Shown here: positions 25,474 through 38,040 of the stretch, piece after piece
How positions within the stretch are numbered: the stretch's first letter is position 1
Layout: the number at the start of each line of letters is the position of its first letter
Assembly (NCBI RefSeq): GCF_009834535.1
Contig: NC_045697.1
Span: 16,618,001-16,682,000 of the forward strand
Direction of reading: 5' to 3'
Source: Camelus ferus
Taxonomy: Eukaryota
DNA: 64,000 nucleotides
Made by a program: the position numbers and the translations under genes
Notes under the pieces: generated by a model
What the model was told of the DNA's origin: nothing
The model's database searches: none
Seen by the model: only the letters and a program-made list of their open reading frames with translations

Positions 25474-25826
25474 GAAAAGGAGTGAAACACTGATACAGGC
25501 TACAGCACACACATTGTGCCGAGTGAAAGAAGCCACTCACAAAAAGGCCACATAGGGTATGATTCCATTTATATGGAATCTCCAAAACAGGCAAATCCAT
25601 GGAGACAGAAAGTAGATTACTGGTTGCCAGGGGCCAGGAGAGAAGAAAGCAGGGAGTGGCTGCTAATGAGTGGGGCTTTCTCTTTGGAGTGATGAAAGGG
25701 TTACAAAATTATATAGTGGCAATCGTTGTGCAACTCTGTGAGTATCCTGGAAACCACTGGACTGCAGGTTTTAAAAGAGTGAATTTTATGGTAAGGGAAT
25801 TATATCTCAATAAAGCTGTTACGAAG
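25474..25826 (+). mobile_element. L1MB-like 3' end
   Basis: 'gagtgaaaagaagccactcacaaaaaggccaca...tatgattccatttatatg...ggcaaatccatggagacagaaagtagatta...gtgaattttatggta...gaattatatctcaataaagctgtt'. Confidence 0.9.
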
Positions 25827-27764
25827 GAAAAGCAAAAGTCCAACCAGGGTGTGATATGAAGTGGAGCCTAGGAATGGGGAAGGATGAACCTTGGCCAAAA
25901 ATAAAAACAAAAAACAAACAAACAAACAAAAAAACACCAAAAGGCCTGATCACAACCAAAATCCTCAGAAGAGCTACACCGGACCCATCCATTCTTGGAC
26001 AAGCTTCCAGAATGAAGTTCATAATCATTCTGCGACTTCACAGATTTCATTCCTCATATCCAAAGGGTGACAGTCGTTAAGTTACTAAGATGTAAGATGT
26101 CATTTCCTTTCTTTCTTTGTTTCTTTTTTCCTCCCCCTTATTGAATTTTCTAGTAATTTTGAGTCAGGTGGAGAGGAGTCCGCTCTGCTTGCGCTGTTCA
26201 TTATGGAAATTGATTTGACCCTCATTTGCATCTATTTGCACCGCCATCAAGCTGATTTAGAATCAGAGGGTGGTTGCAACCTCCTCGGAAGCTGGCAGAT
26301 TTGCTCTAAAAACAGATTTGCCCTGGAACTTTCCAACCAGCTCTGAAGAACTTGTTCTCTTGCCCTTTTGATTTCTGCACAACATGGGCAGAGTTTCAGA
26401 GAAATACAACTCGTGGTAAAGGAAAGAAAGGAAACCTTTGTTGCCTTCTGCTATAAATAGCCTCCATTCCCTTGCCTTCCCTCCACGCTGTTAGTCAACC
26501 CTGCAATCCTGGGTTGCACATCAGAAATAAATACGTTGGTCTATGGAGCCATGGCCCCAGGCAAGCTTGCCAGCCCGCAACTGGCAGCAGAAGAGTTAAA
26601 TCTGAAACAGTCTAATATGGCCAGAGCACAACAATGATCCCCGCTGGACCGATTCACACGTTCCCCACGAGCCACAGGAAGGAACAAGGTGCAGCCCTGC
26701 AACCTGGACCAATGTGCCAAGTGCAGTGATCAGAATCGAGGAGAATGCATACTCCACCTGCCTTTGCCATTCCTGCCTCTCCTCTTTCATCCCTGTTTCC
26801 TCCACAGCCCCAGGGCTGACTTCTTGTTTTCCACTCGACTCCTCCTCACCCCAGCCCTGTTTGGTTCCTTCATGCATCCCGTGACCGCCATCCTCACCTC
26901 CCCTGTGCAACCTGCACTCTCTTTTATTGTAAGGGAAGACCTTTATTACTGTGTATGATTGTAAAATACTGAATTCCCATTGGAAAAAAATTTGGTTTAT
27001 ATAAAAAGGGAAGTAAGCGGGTGTAAAAATTAACTGTATTCACCATGCAGAGAAACTCACTGGTACTTTGAATGCAGAGTCTTCAAATTCAAAGGGAATA
27101 TATTTTCTTTAAATGAAACCTATGAGACATATCTATTTTTCACTTAGAAACCCATCTTGTGCATCTTTCCATTTCAATAAATATAGATCTACACTACCAT
27201 TTTTAGCAATCTCTATAAATGTATCCATAATTTGCACACTTAGTCTGTTTCTTCTTGATTCATATATATATATATATATGTATTCATAGATAATGTACAC
27301 ATTCACAGTTTTTTTTTCCTTATCCCTAAATTTATCCATGAGGCCCTCGTTCTATCTGCAGTTATCCAAATTTCCCCAGTCACACCTGACATCTGGGCCT
27401 CCTGCTGCACCAAACAGTCTGCTCATCAGAAGTTACCCATCCTCGGCCTTATACTTCAAGACCCTATTCCATTTGATGCTAACTGGAAAACTGTGAGGAA
27501 TAAAGTGAACTAATGGGTTAACTGGTACAGTGGCTTTTATTTGGTTTCAACAGATAATCGAAGCAGGATGGGCTTTAAAAATAACCTGATATAGCATTTC
27601 CCCAAGCTGTCAGTTCATAAGAAACTAAGGTGGGGTGCAGGGGTTTGGGTGAGTATTAAAAAATACAGAGAGTTCATTGTGATGAGTTCGGAATGGAGTC
27701 TGGAAAACTGTCAATTAACAAGCCCTCTATGTAATGATTTTGATCAGTCAAATTTTTGAAACCC

Positions 27765-27915
27765 TAATTTTATCCAATATCTTGACCTTTCATATGAGGT
27801 AACAGAGGATCAAAAAGATATAATTTGTCATGTCTACATGCACAATTAGGGTAGGAACTGGGGTATTGTCTCTATTTTCCTATCCCCAAACCTGTCATCT
27901 TTTCACTGTGCCAGA
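27765..27915 (-). mobile_element. MIR fragment, preceded by a possible MER5-type remnant (~27590-27760)
   Basis: 'tttcatatgaggtaacagagg...taatttgtcatgtctaca...gtaggaactggg'. Confidence 0.5.
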
Positions 27916-28699
27916 GCATCTTATTCCAAAAAAAAATATGTTAAACAAAGGACTTTTAAATAGAATATTATAACAGGAAGGATTTTTGCCTGGTACAGAG
28001 TGACAATTCTGGAACTCAAAGTGGGCTAAAGGGAGATTGACTTTGTGGCAAAAAGAGGTCTTTTATTGCCTTTGAAATCATATATAATGCAAATGGCTGT
28101 TCACATTTTGTGTGTGTATGTGTGTACGTAGGTATGTGTGTGCACATATGCTGGTCTTAGCAAAAAATATTTACAGTGAAACATGATTATAGAACCAACC
28201 GTATAAGAATAAAGGTTTTAAAGACCTATTCCTAGAATTACCTCCAATGAGGAAAAAAAATACCAGTGCTAATACAGAAAGGCGGAATCTAATCAAAAGC
28301 AAATTTTCCTTTCATTGGAGTCTATCTTCATCCACTCAGAGCTGTTTCAGCAGGATTTCCAGCTTTCACTAGAAACATGGAACACAGAACACGCACAGAC
28401 AGAAAGAAGACTTCTTACAAGCCATGTATTCAATAGTGGGCTACTTATCTGCTCTGGTGGCCCGTTTGATTGTGGTGTTTATACATAAGTATCTGGCAGG
28501 ATTCTTTAATTCAAGATTGTATAAAGGTAATGTAAGCAGTCATTTAAAATGTCCTAAGCTCACGGAGTTGGAGCTGTGATGGAAACCTTCCAGCTTCCCA
28601 AAAGACAGTGGTCCTGGCAGCAGGCACAACTTCAGGTGCTACACTCTGTTGTCTACCTGGTGTGGGAGGGAAAACAAACATATTAGTGTCCATGGTTCC

Positions 28700-29138
28700 T
28701 GTTATGGGTTGAATCCAGTCCCTCCAAAATTTATATGTTGAAATCTCAACCCTCAGTGCCTCAAAATTTGACCTTATTTGGAAATAGAGCCGTCACATAT
28801 ATAATTACTTAGGTCAAATGCGGTCATAGTAGAGTAAGCTGGGCCTTTAAGGCAATATGACCGGTGTCCTTATAAAAAGGGGAAATTTGAACACAGAGCT
28901 GGACACACACATGAAGAGTGCCATGTGGAGACTGGAGTTACACTGCCACAAGCCAGGAAACCCCCAGAAGCTAGAAGAGAGGCCCAGAATAGATCCTATC
29001 CTGGAGTTTTCACAGGGAATCTGGCCCTGCTGGCAACTCAGTCTTGAACTTCTAGCCTCCAAAACTGTGAGACAGTTAATCCCTGTTGTTTACTCAGTCT
29101 GTGCTTCTTTGTTACAGCATTGCTAAGAAGCTAATACC
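28700..29138 (+). mobile_element. MLT1 (MaLR) solo LTR, MLT1B/C-like
   Basis: 'tgttatgggttgaat...ccctccaaaatttatatgttgaa...gaccttatttggaaatag...ttctagcctccaaaactgtgagaca...tttgttacagca...gctaatac'. Confidence 0.9.
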
Positions 29139-29329
29139 GCACCCTTCAGAACACAGCCTTCAACCAGACGACACTTTTTAAGCCAAGGACAATCCAACAA
29201 GAGTCTAAATTCACGGTGTTCACTGGTTTGACTGTACAAAAGCTTAATGGATTCGCAGATCCTAATGCCAAAAGAAAAACACTTGAAACAAGGTTTTGAT
29301 CCTGATTCTCTTGAAATAAAAGCTGACTG

Positions 29330-29942
29330 TTCCCCTTCAGTCATTCCATGTTCCTTTTGCAGCTGCTCTAACAGGCAGAGGAGGGTCATTGTACCTGCAG
29401 GGATGGTTAATCCTGAGTCACTGGATTGTTGCGATCAAAGATTACAAGGAGGACCATGTGTGGAACATAGGATGTCACCTGGAATATTTCTTACTCCTCA
29501 CTTTCCCAATAGTAATAATGAATGGAAAACTGAATCAACCCCTTCCTCACATTCTCCCTAAAAGGTAAGATCCCTAAGGATGCAAAACTACAGGATTGAA
29601 GGTCCAGGTCACCACCCATCCAGACAAGGTGCTGCCCGAAGGCATGAGGATCCTGAAATATGAGGCAGGAGATGTGAGTGATGATTGCCAAACTGGACCT
29701 CAGGACCAGCTACTGAAGCAGGACTGAAGCAGCTGAACGTGATGATTACTTACTTTCTCTTTCTCTGCTACTTTATCTGATAACCAGTGGCTAATGTTTT
29801 CAGTTTCAAGTAGAAGAATGAACAAACCAACATCACCCCTACAATAATACAGTAGCAACTTTATCCATCTCCTGTGTTTGGGCCATACGTTTTTTAATGG
29901 ATGAAGGACAAGAATAGTTGCCGGGAGGCCAGAGGCATTGAC
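29330..29942 (+). mobile_element. ERVL-class internal remnant (decayed 3' end of pol region)
   Basis: Decayed frames recall the ERVL/MaLR internal 3' region (RVIVPAGMVNPE vs recalled GVTVLAGVIDPD; 'aatggaaaactgaatcaacc' = NGKL-Q; 'caggaccagctactgaagcaggactg' ~ DQLQKRGL); abuts LTR33. Confidence 0.7.
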
Positions 29943-30430
29943 TGTGCAGCTGGTTATCTTTTTGTCTCTCCAGATGTGTTCACTGCTCTTCCCAGCCTGG
30001 CTCTGCACCTTGCTCTTTGCCTCGGGAGGCTGATCTGCAGGTGTTGCATTGATGGATTCTCATCTCTCTGGGTTCCTGTGGAGGTCACCCAACGGGGAGC
30101 ACTGGCAAGAACCCAGATACAAAGAAGAGAAGGAATCACGCTATTTTCTTTACTCCTACATTCTCATCAGATGATCAGAGGGCCTATCCAGTGTCCCTCA
30201 TTTCATGTTTCTTTCTTTTGAGTTCCAGCAACTATTCTATTTCCCTGCCTGTTTATGCCTAGAAATGGTCATGGTGCCCCTATAAGACCCACACTTTAAT
30301 AGTCCCTGGTAAATGCTCCTTATTCTTTGTGGTTTCCCTGTATCTTTGAAAGCACTTTCTTTATTAAACAGTCTTCAAATCACTTGATTTGAATATGCTG
30401 TCACTTATTTGCCAGGACTCTGATGGAACA
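29943..30430 (+). mobile_element. LTR33-like ERVL LTR
   Basis: 'tgtgcagc...tgtctctccagat...gctctttgcctcgggaggctga...caacggggagcactggcaaga...attaaacagtcttcaaatcac...tttgaatatgc...ccaggactctgatggaaca' (TG...CA). Confidence 0.8.
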
Positions 30431-32204
30431 GAAACTCCAGCTTGTTTAACTACATGTATAATATCAACAAATTACATTTGGCAAACTCAAATTGCATCCA
30501 AAATGGAATTCTCATTTTAATTTCCAAATTTTCCTTCCCAAGAAATTGATGAAAACCTGTAGCTGGCTGTGGCTCAGTCCAGTAGAGGCTTGTGTTCTGC
30601 TGGGTGTGGCTGTGCTCCTCTGGCCCTCAGTGCTGAGACCTGGGCTGCCTCTGTTCGAATACTCAGACTATTTTTCTATTCAAGTTGATTTTTTGGAGTC
30701 AGTCTGCAGTCCTTTCAAGTTTTAGTCATTAGGTTTTATTTGGAACTACTTATTTCTTTATCTATGGTGTTTCTAAAGTTTGTTCTGCCTCCAATGTATT
30801 TGAAAAAGTTCTGACCAGGTATTACTTTTACCCAGGTAATGGCTTTATTTCCACCTCTCTCCCTATGGTCTCCCTCCTCCTCCCTTTCCGTCCTCTTCCT
30901 CCTTCCCTTCTCCTCTCCTCTCGCCTCCACACTCTGGTTCTATAATTTCACAGAGCAGTGGTGGAAGAGCATCTCATTCTCTTTCTGTTAAGGAAAGAGT
31001 AACTTTTGCATCAAGAACTATGCTGGAAGGAGTCACACCCTCTTTAACAGTGGCTGTAGCTTCTGCGGGTGTTACTGTTAAATTATTATATGTATAGTTT
31101 CAGGGAAACTAACTACAACCTCCCTGCTGGTGAATTTATGTAAGAACCCTTCACAGAGTATATCAGCTGTTAAAGAGATATTGCTCTTGAAGCATTTGTC
31201 ATAAATACGAGACATTTGAGGGTAAGAAGATGCATTTTGGTCTATGAGGCACTTCACCATCACCCTCATCAATGATACTTGAAGAGACAACATTTTTAGA
31301 AGATAATTGTTTGAATCACGTTTTGGGGCTAGAGACATGCTTGGGGTGGGTTCTTGAGTTTCCATGATAAGCAAAACATACTCTTCCAATGGCAATGACT
31401 CAGAACTTGTCCTCTCCTCTGGAAGCTGCTCAATTCAACTTCACTCTCATGCAACTCCTGGAGATACACGGAACACTTCGTACATGTACTTGGTATTGTG
31501 AAAGATTCAATAATGAGAGGTTTCTATCATTTTACTCTTAGCATGCTTCCATTCACAAATTCACCTCCTCTTGCTCATCATCCATATTCATTCCTCTCCC
31601 ATGTGTCCAGGTCCTTCACAGTGTGACTCCACTGAGCAAAGCCTCATACAATGCTGTGTTTCATCTATGCTTGGACCTCAAGAAACAAAAGCTCTTCTCT
31701 CATTATTTTTAAGCAAACGCCCCTCCTTGGCATGCATTCCAAGAAAGACATGCACTGTTTGTTGTACAAAGATCTAATAAATTCATCTTCATTATTGTTC
31801 TCCAAGGTGAAATAGGAATGGTAATGATGAATTTGATTACACCTCCCTGGGGCAAAAGTTGCCTCTGAGTATAATGCTATAAGACAATGGAGTCCATTAT
31901 TAATACCACGTAAAGTTTTACTAGAAAATAAGTTGGTAAAAACACTGGAAAGGGAGTGGCCCAGATGTTTTCCATTGATTTTCATTTTGCCAGTAGGATG
32001 CTTTCTCCCACTCTTACCACCTGGAGGTCTCCTTCCAGACCTCTTTTTAGTAAAAACCTTGGAGGATTCTGTGCTTTGCATCCATAATTGAGGAAGTGGC
32101 TGGATCAAAGGGAATAAACGCTATGTGAAAAGTGATGCTGAGGAGCAGACAGTCCAAACCCATGTATACACCTGTGCCACTGAGCTTCTTCAAGAGCTTT
32201 ATGC

Positions 32205-33115
32205 TCAATTTTTCCTACACGTATTGAGGTGTAATTTACATACAAGTAAAATTCTTTTAAGGTGACAGTTCTATGCATTTTGATAAACTTACATAGCCAA
32301 GTAACCACACAAAAATCCAGATGTAGAATATTTCTGTCACCCCAAAATGTTCCCTTGTGTCCCTTTGTAGAAAATCTTCTCTCCTTACTTCCAGCCCCTG
32401 GCAGCCTCTGATCTAATGTGTGTCCTTCTAGTTCTGCCTTTTCCAGAATGTTATATAAGGGGAAATATACAGAATTGTAGCCTTTTGAGTCTGGCTTCTT
32501 TTAATTAGCATAATGCTTTTGAGAGTTATCATTTCTGTTCAATGTTTTAGTACTTCATTCCTTTTTTTATTGCTGAATAAAATACTTATTACAGTGTTTC
32601 ATTGTATGGTACATCACAATTTGTTTAACCGTTCACCAGCTGGTGGATATTTGAGTTGTTTCAAGTTTTGACATTTGTGAATAAAGCCACTGCATCTATT
32701 GGTATTTCTCTTTGGTAAATACCAAAGAATATATTCATGGGTTGTATGGTAATTATAGATTTAAATTCATAAGAAATTATCAAACTGTTTTATAAAAGGC
32801 TATACTATTTTGAACTTGCACCAGCAAAATACTGCAATTCTAGTTTCTCCACATCATCGCTGACATTTGGTATTGCCATTAAAAAAAAAATGAGCCATTC
32901 TAATAATTGTGCAGTAGTATTTCTTTGTAGTTCTGATTTGCATTTCCCTAATAATTGATGCTTTTATATATCTTTTCATGTGTTTGTCATGTACATATCT
33001 TTTCAACTGAACTGTAGGATCAAATGTTTTGCCTCTTTTTTCATTGGGCTGTTTCCTTATTTTTGAGAGTCCTTTATTTATCCCAGATATTAGTAGTTTT
33101 TCAAATTATTCTTTT
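32205..33115 (-). mobile_element. L1MB/ME-like 3' portion
   Basis: 'tattgaggtgtaatttacataca...tgccttttccagaatgttatataa...gagtctggcttctttt...ttctccacatcatcgctgacatttgg...atttgcatttccctaat'. Confidence 0.9.
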
Positions 33116-33224
33116 TTAAAAATGTAAGTAATTGCTTTACAAACATTGTAACCCAAAAGAATTATTACAGTCTCATTTTTCATTACCTTTTGAGGATCAT
33201 TTATTCACAACTATTATACTTCTC

Positions 33225-33412
33225 CCTCAATCTTTCATTCTTAAAATTTTGATCACAAGTCACTTTGAAAGTTATATAAAAACTGTCCACTCTCTCTTTA
33301 TAAAAATCTGTTTATCTACAAACTTTTGCATAGCCTTTTAGGAGTACACAAGATGCTGACTCCTGAAGTTGCATTTGGACCATGAATCATGGATCCCAGG
33401 TTAGAAACTCAT
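33225..33412 (+). mobile_element. hAT-Charlie MITE (MER117-like)
   Basis: 'actttgaaagttatataaaaactgtccactctct...acaaacttttgcatag...cctgaagt...catggatcccaggttagaaactc'. Confidence 0.55.
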
Positions 33413-34869
33413 GTGTGTACCCTGTTACTGCCAACTTGAATCACTAATAATTATCTTCCTTTATCTTAGATGGACACAAGCTATTGGATGATGTTGGCTA
33501 GATCACACAACTGTGCAAAGTATTACACTAAAGACATTCTTTCATCCATTTTAGCAAGGTCTGCTCAGCTACACAGTAATTTCTCGTCAGTCTCTGTAGT
33601 TGTGCGCTTAATTCCCGCAGAAACCAGTCCACAAATGTTCTTTATCACCTGTACATCCATCAGTCTCTGCAGATGGTCCTGTACCTCTTCCCAGAGAAAC
33701 AGAAGAAATTAGGTGCGAACGAGTCCTCCTCACTTAATTTAAACTTACACATGTCACGTTCTTTCTTCCCTCTAGTCTCAGAGAGAGATGGGACTTTCTT
33801 CCAGCCAATGGAATCCTTTGTTTTGAGTTCTTGACCCCACTCTACCCTAGACCTTGTTCTTGCACACATCTCCTCCACCTATATTATGAATGCCTCCCTC
33901 TTAAATTTATTCTCAAGATTTCATTATGGTTTTTAACTCAAAAAAAGAAAGAAAGCTTCCTTGATTGTGTAGTTCATTTCTCACTCCTTCCCACACTCTA
34001 CCCCAACCGTTGTTCTGTTTTCACAACCACACTTCTGAGAAGAATACGTTATGCTCACTGCCTCCAATGGTCCCACTTCTCAGATCACTGTAAACTCTGC
34101 AGCATCCCCATACGCCATTAAAATTGCTCTTCACAAGTAATGAAGAACTTTACATATGGCCTAATTACAATGAATTGGTTCTGAATATCCACAGTGCTCC
34201 TAGATGATGAAACTGTATGATATTTTCAACAACCAGCCACCTATAAATCAATGAATCACAACACTTGACCTCACACTAGATCGTACTAGTTCTCCTAAAA
34301 AAACCTTTCAGGCATTCCTTTCATAAGCCACTTGAATTCAACCCATCTCAAGCAAATGTAATTTCTGTCACTCTCCCCAGATTATTCCCCAGATTTATTT
34401 CTCCCTCTCTTAACCTATCTCCGTGATTATCCCCACCACGTCCCTGTTGCCCAAGAAGAAACCTGAGAGTCACACTAAGTTACTCTTTTTTTCTAAAGTT
34501 CCCATCTGGGCAATACTTACTGAGTGCATAGCGTGCTTCTCACACTCTGCTAGCCTTTTGCCAGGTTGAATTGGACACTGCCTTTGCTCCTTTGCTCTGT
34601 AACAGCTTACACTGTCATTTACACTTGCAGAGGCTGCACACTATATTCAGTGCGGCCTCAAAGATAGGGCTATCTTAATCAGAATGGAATGGGAGAGTCA
34701 GAGAAAATTTGCCAGAGGCCACCCTTGAATTGAATGGTAAAGGATAAATAGGAATTAGCTAAGAAAAGGAGAGAATAATCCGAGAAGGAACAGCTTCTTT
34801 CAAGGCACGGCAATACGGGTCTGCCTCCTAAGTCACTCATAACCTTTTCACTTCCTCTTCAGATATACG

Positions 34870-35540
34870 GCTAAAAACTAACATATGGCGGCCCATCATA
34901 TTTTTCACTAGCACAACTTAGAAGTGTTCCAAACAGGTCTCCTTGGCCTCTAGTATTATCTTCCTCCAATCCATCTTCCACACTGCTGCTAGAGTGATCT
35001 TTCTAAAGTGTCACTCTGGGCATCTCTCTCTCATACTTAAAATCAGTTAATAGCCCCCAAGGTGTTAAACTGCATCAAAAGACATAATGACTCAGCTTCT
35101 CACTACCCTACAGGTTCACTATGCTCCCATCATTGGAGACTCCACTGACCAGTCAGCTCACTGAATATTCCAGCATTCTCCCCAACTTTTGATCCTTCGC
35201 AAGTGTTACTTCCTCCTCCAAAGATTTGCTTCTTTCCTCTTGTCTGCCATCTGCGAGTCAATGAGTCTACTCACAAATTTATTAAGACTCAGTGTAAGTG
35301 GTGTATGTTGAGATGCTCAGGTAGACCGAAATACTAGCTTTTCTACAGTCCAGGGCAATGTGTGCACAGGTTTGTTGGAGTATATATCACATCATGTCTA
35401 CCTGTTCACTTGTCTATTTCCCTAATCAAACTTGGGATGCCTTGAGAAGCAGAAAAATATTTCAGCCGTCCTCATATCCTCAGCATTCAACATAGTCCCT
35501 GGCATATTCATAGATGCTAAAAATGCTTATTGAATGGCCT
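34870..35540 (+). mobile_element. L2 fragment including 3' end
   Basis: 'ctccaatccatcttccacactgctgctagagtgatctttctaaa...catagtccctggcatattcatagatgctaaaaatgcttattgaatg'. Confidence 0.75.
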
Positions 35541-35634
35541 TCGAGTGAGCACAGATTAATTAATATTAGGCACTTCCATTGATTAATGAGAAAGATTTCT
35601 TTTGTGTAAATGGAAATATGACTTTCCTACAACC

Positions 35635-36232
35635 CTAAGCAATCAACAAACATTACCAAGCTCTTACTATAGAGTAGCCCCTATGGCAGGCACTGGGGAT
35701 TTAAAGATGAAAAACACAGTTCTTACTTTCAAGGGGCGTGAAGTCTGTGCAGGAAGATAGAGATGATCTCAGGCAACTATCAAAGATAATCGTTAAGCAA
35801 CATGACAAGGGAAATAAAGAGAACTAGGAGAAAGGGGGATAGAAGGGCATGCAGCCTGGATTCACAGAGCAAGTTTCCAGAGCCAACGAGGACTGAGATG
35901 AGACCTGCAGGGTAAACAGGAGGATGAGATAACTATTCCAGGCAGTGATAATTTCATGTGAATGTCCTGGGAGAGAGGGAAAACACGGCCAACCTGCAGA
36001 ATTTAAAGATCGGTCTGGGTGGACCATAGTAACCCAAGAGATGGAACGTAAGGTTGTGAAAGGCTCTAATAGTTCTCAGGGCTTAAAGACAGGACAGAAA
36101 AGATCACGTTATGTTTAAGAAAATTGCACTGGCTGCAGGAAAGTGATAGGCTTGGAGGAGAGCAAGAGTGAAGGCGGAGAGTCAGAAAACAGTCTATTCC
36201 AACCATCTGGGCAGGAGATGACGGTGGTATGG
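35635..36232 (-). mobile_element. L2 fragment
   Basis: 'caacaaacattaccaagctcttactat...ggcactggggatttaaagatgaaaaacacagttc...ttatgtttaagaaaattgcactggctgc'. Confidence 0.7.
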
Positions 36233-37329
36233 CCGGAACTCTGTCAGCTCCCCCAGGCTTTAAGACAGTGCTCTGTGACCACGGATTAAAAAAAGCAGCT
36301 GCTGTGCATCAAAGGACCTCGAACATCCTGCTTCCCTTCCCGGGAAGTGATGAGAAAACTACGGAGTGAGAGCAAGAAGGAGCTCCTGTAACTGAAGATC
36401 TCCTGCATTTTCATCTGGACGCCAGTTTAAACGTGTGAGGCAAAGCTTTACAAGACAAGGCGTGAAGGGCTGAAGCTCAGAAATGATGACAGATTGATGA
36501 TTAGGCCTTGGCCAGCCACACCGCAGAAACAAGAGTAAGTTACAGAACACAGCCTGAAACAACAACAGTAAAGGTACATTCCACAGGCAAGAAAAAACTG
36601 CTCTCAGTGGGCTGCTGAATAGCTGCTGTGCTGGCTGGCAGGAAAATATGAGTCTATTCAATTGGACAAAAGTTAAATTCAATAAGGAAGCAAGAGAAAA
36701 TCAAAAAGGGGCTTCTATTCATGTACTTCCCAGTTATGAAATGGATGAAAAATGAAGTTTCTCTAGCACGGGTATCCAGGCCGAGTCCAGATTCTTCCAA
36801 GTTGCTGCTGTCATTTTGTTTTCTTAGAATCTGGCTTCAAGTCCTTCTTCATTAAAAAAAAAAAAAAAAAAGTAACTCGAAAGGGAGAGTCGGATCCCAG
36901 TGTGGTGAGACAGAATGTTTTCTACTCTTTCAAAATAAACAACTACTGTCAGGAAGAACGCCCCCAAATTTCCCCACTGAGCCCCATATTCCAATGCCTC
37001 ACAGTAGAGCTTCTGCTTGGCTTCATAATTGCAGAAAGGAATCCAAGTGCACACCAAGCATCCTCATGTTCTAATACAACCCATCCTTTGCCATAAATAC
37101 GGGGCTTATTTCATAAAAATGAGAGGTTCCCCTCTCCTATTTACTAACTATGTAAATATACATTTTGTTGGAGTAGGGCTCCCATAAGCTCTCAGTCACT
37201 CAATTAGATGTTAAAAATACGGCGTGAAATCTTATGTCATATTTACCCCAGAGGAAGAACAGTGTATCCATTGTATCACACATTCCATGTAGAAGACCCA
37301 CGGCAAGTTCTGTCTAGCTCACCTTTTTA

Positions 37330-38040
37330 GATAGACATCTGTCCATCCCATTCACCTTCCTCTATCCCAGTGGCCACTGCCACAGTTCAGGTCACTGCTC
37401 TCTCACCCAGAGACCGTAGCTGACTTCATCCCAAATGACTCTGCCCACAGCCTTGCTCCATCCAGTCCATCCTCCACACTACAGCCAGAGTGATGCTTCT
37501 AGAATGCAAAATGAATGAATCATGTCACTCCCCTACTTAAAACACTCATCAAAGGTTTCCCAGGGTCATTAAGAAAAATCCAAGCCCTTTAAAATGCCCT
37601 TTGTAGCCTGGCATCCTGCCTTCCTTTTTTTTGCCTGTTCTCTCATCCTCTCGTCCTTCCCACTTTCTGTTCAAATTAGGAAATGAATCCTTTCCCTGTT
37701 CTTGAACATAATTTGATTCCTGCTTACTGAACTCTTAGCGTCCATTGGTTTTTCACTTTAAATATCTTTCAGCAAAGTTTTTCTGCCCCTTCCTAAACAA
37801 CAGCAAGTGCCCCTTCTCTGCGTTCACACTGTATCTGGCATCTTATCGTTTTACCTGTCACACTTGATCACAGGTGACGTGTAACTAGCTGATTCTCCCG
37901 CAATATTGTAAACTTCCCAAGAAGTGAGCTTCTCAGTTTTGTTCATCATCGTATGCCCAACACCTAGCACAACTTGCATATCAGTTTGCGGAATGAATGA
38001 ATGGTTGGTTGACTGGATAGATGGATGGGTGAATGAATGT
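37330..38040 (+). mobile_element. L2 fragment including 3' end, followed by MIR (~38090-38240)
   Basis: 'cagtccatcctccacactacagccagagtgat...tcatgtcactcccctacttaaaac...cacctagcaca...gaatgaatgaatgg'. Confidence 0.75.

Noticed and set aside
28684..28702. Partial REST/RE1-like motif (tgtccatggttc)
   Set aside because: The GCTGA half-site is missing and the match runs into the MLT1 boundary.
32060..32200. Faint resemblance of translated frames to PHD/ePHD fingers, SLC4 (WKET.RW) or bornavirus N
   Set aside because: Only a few residues match and the spacing is inconsistent; no assignment is supportable without a search.
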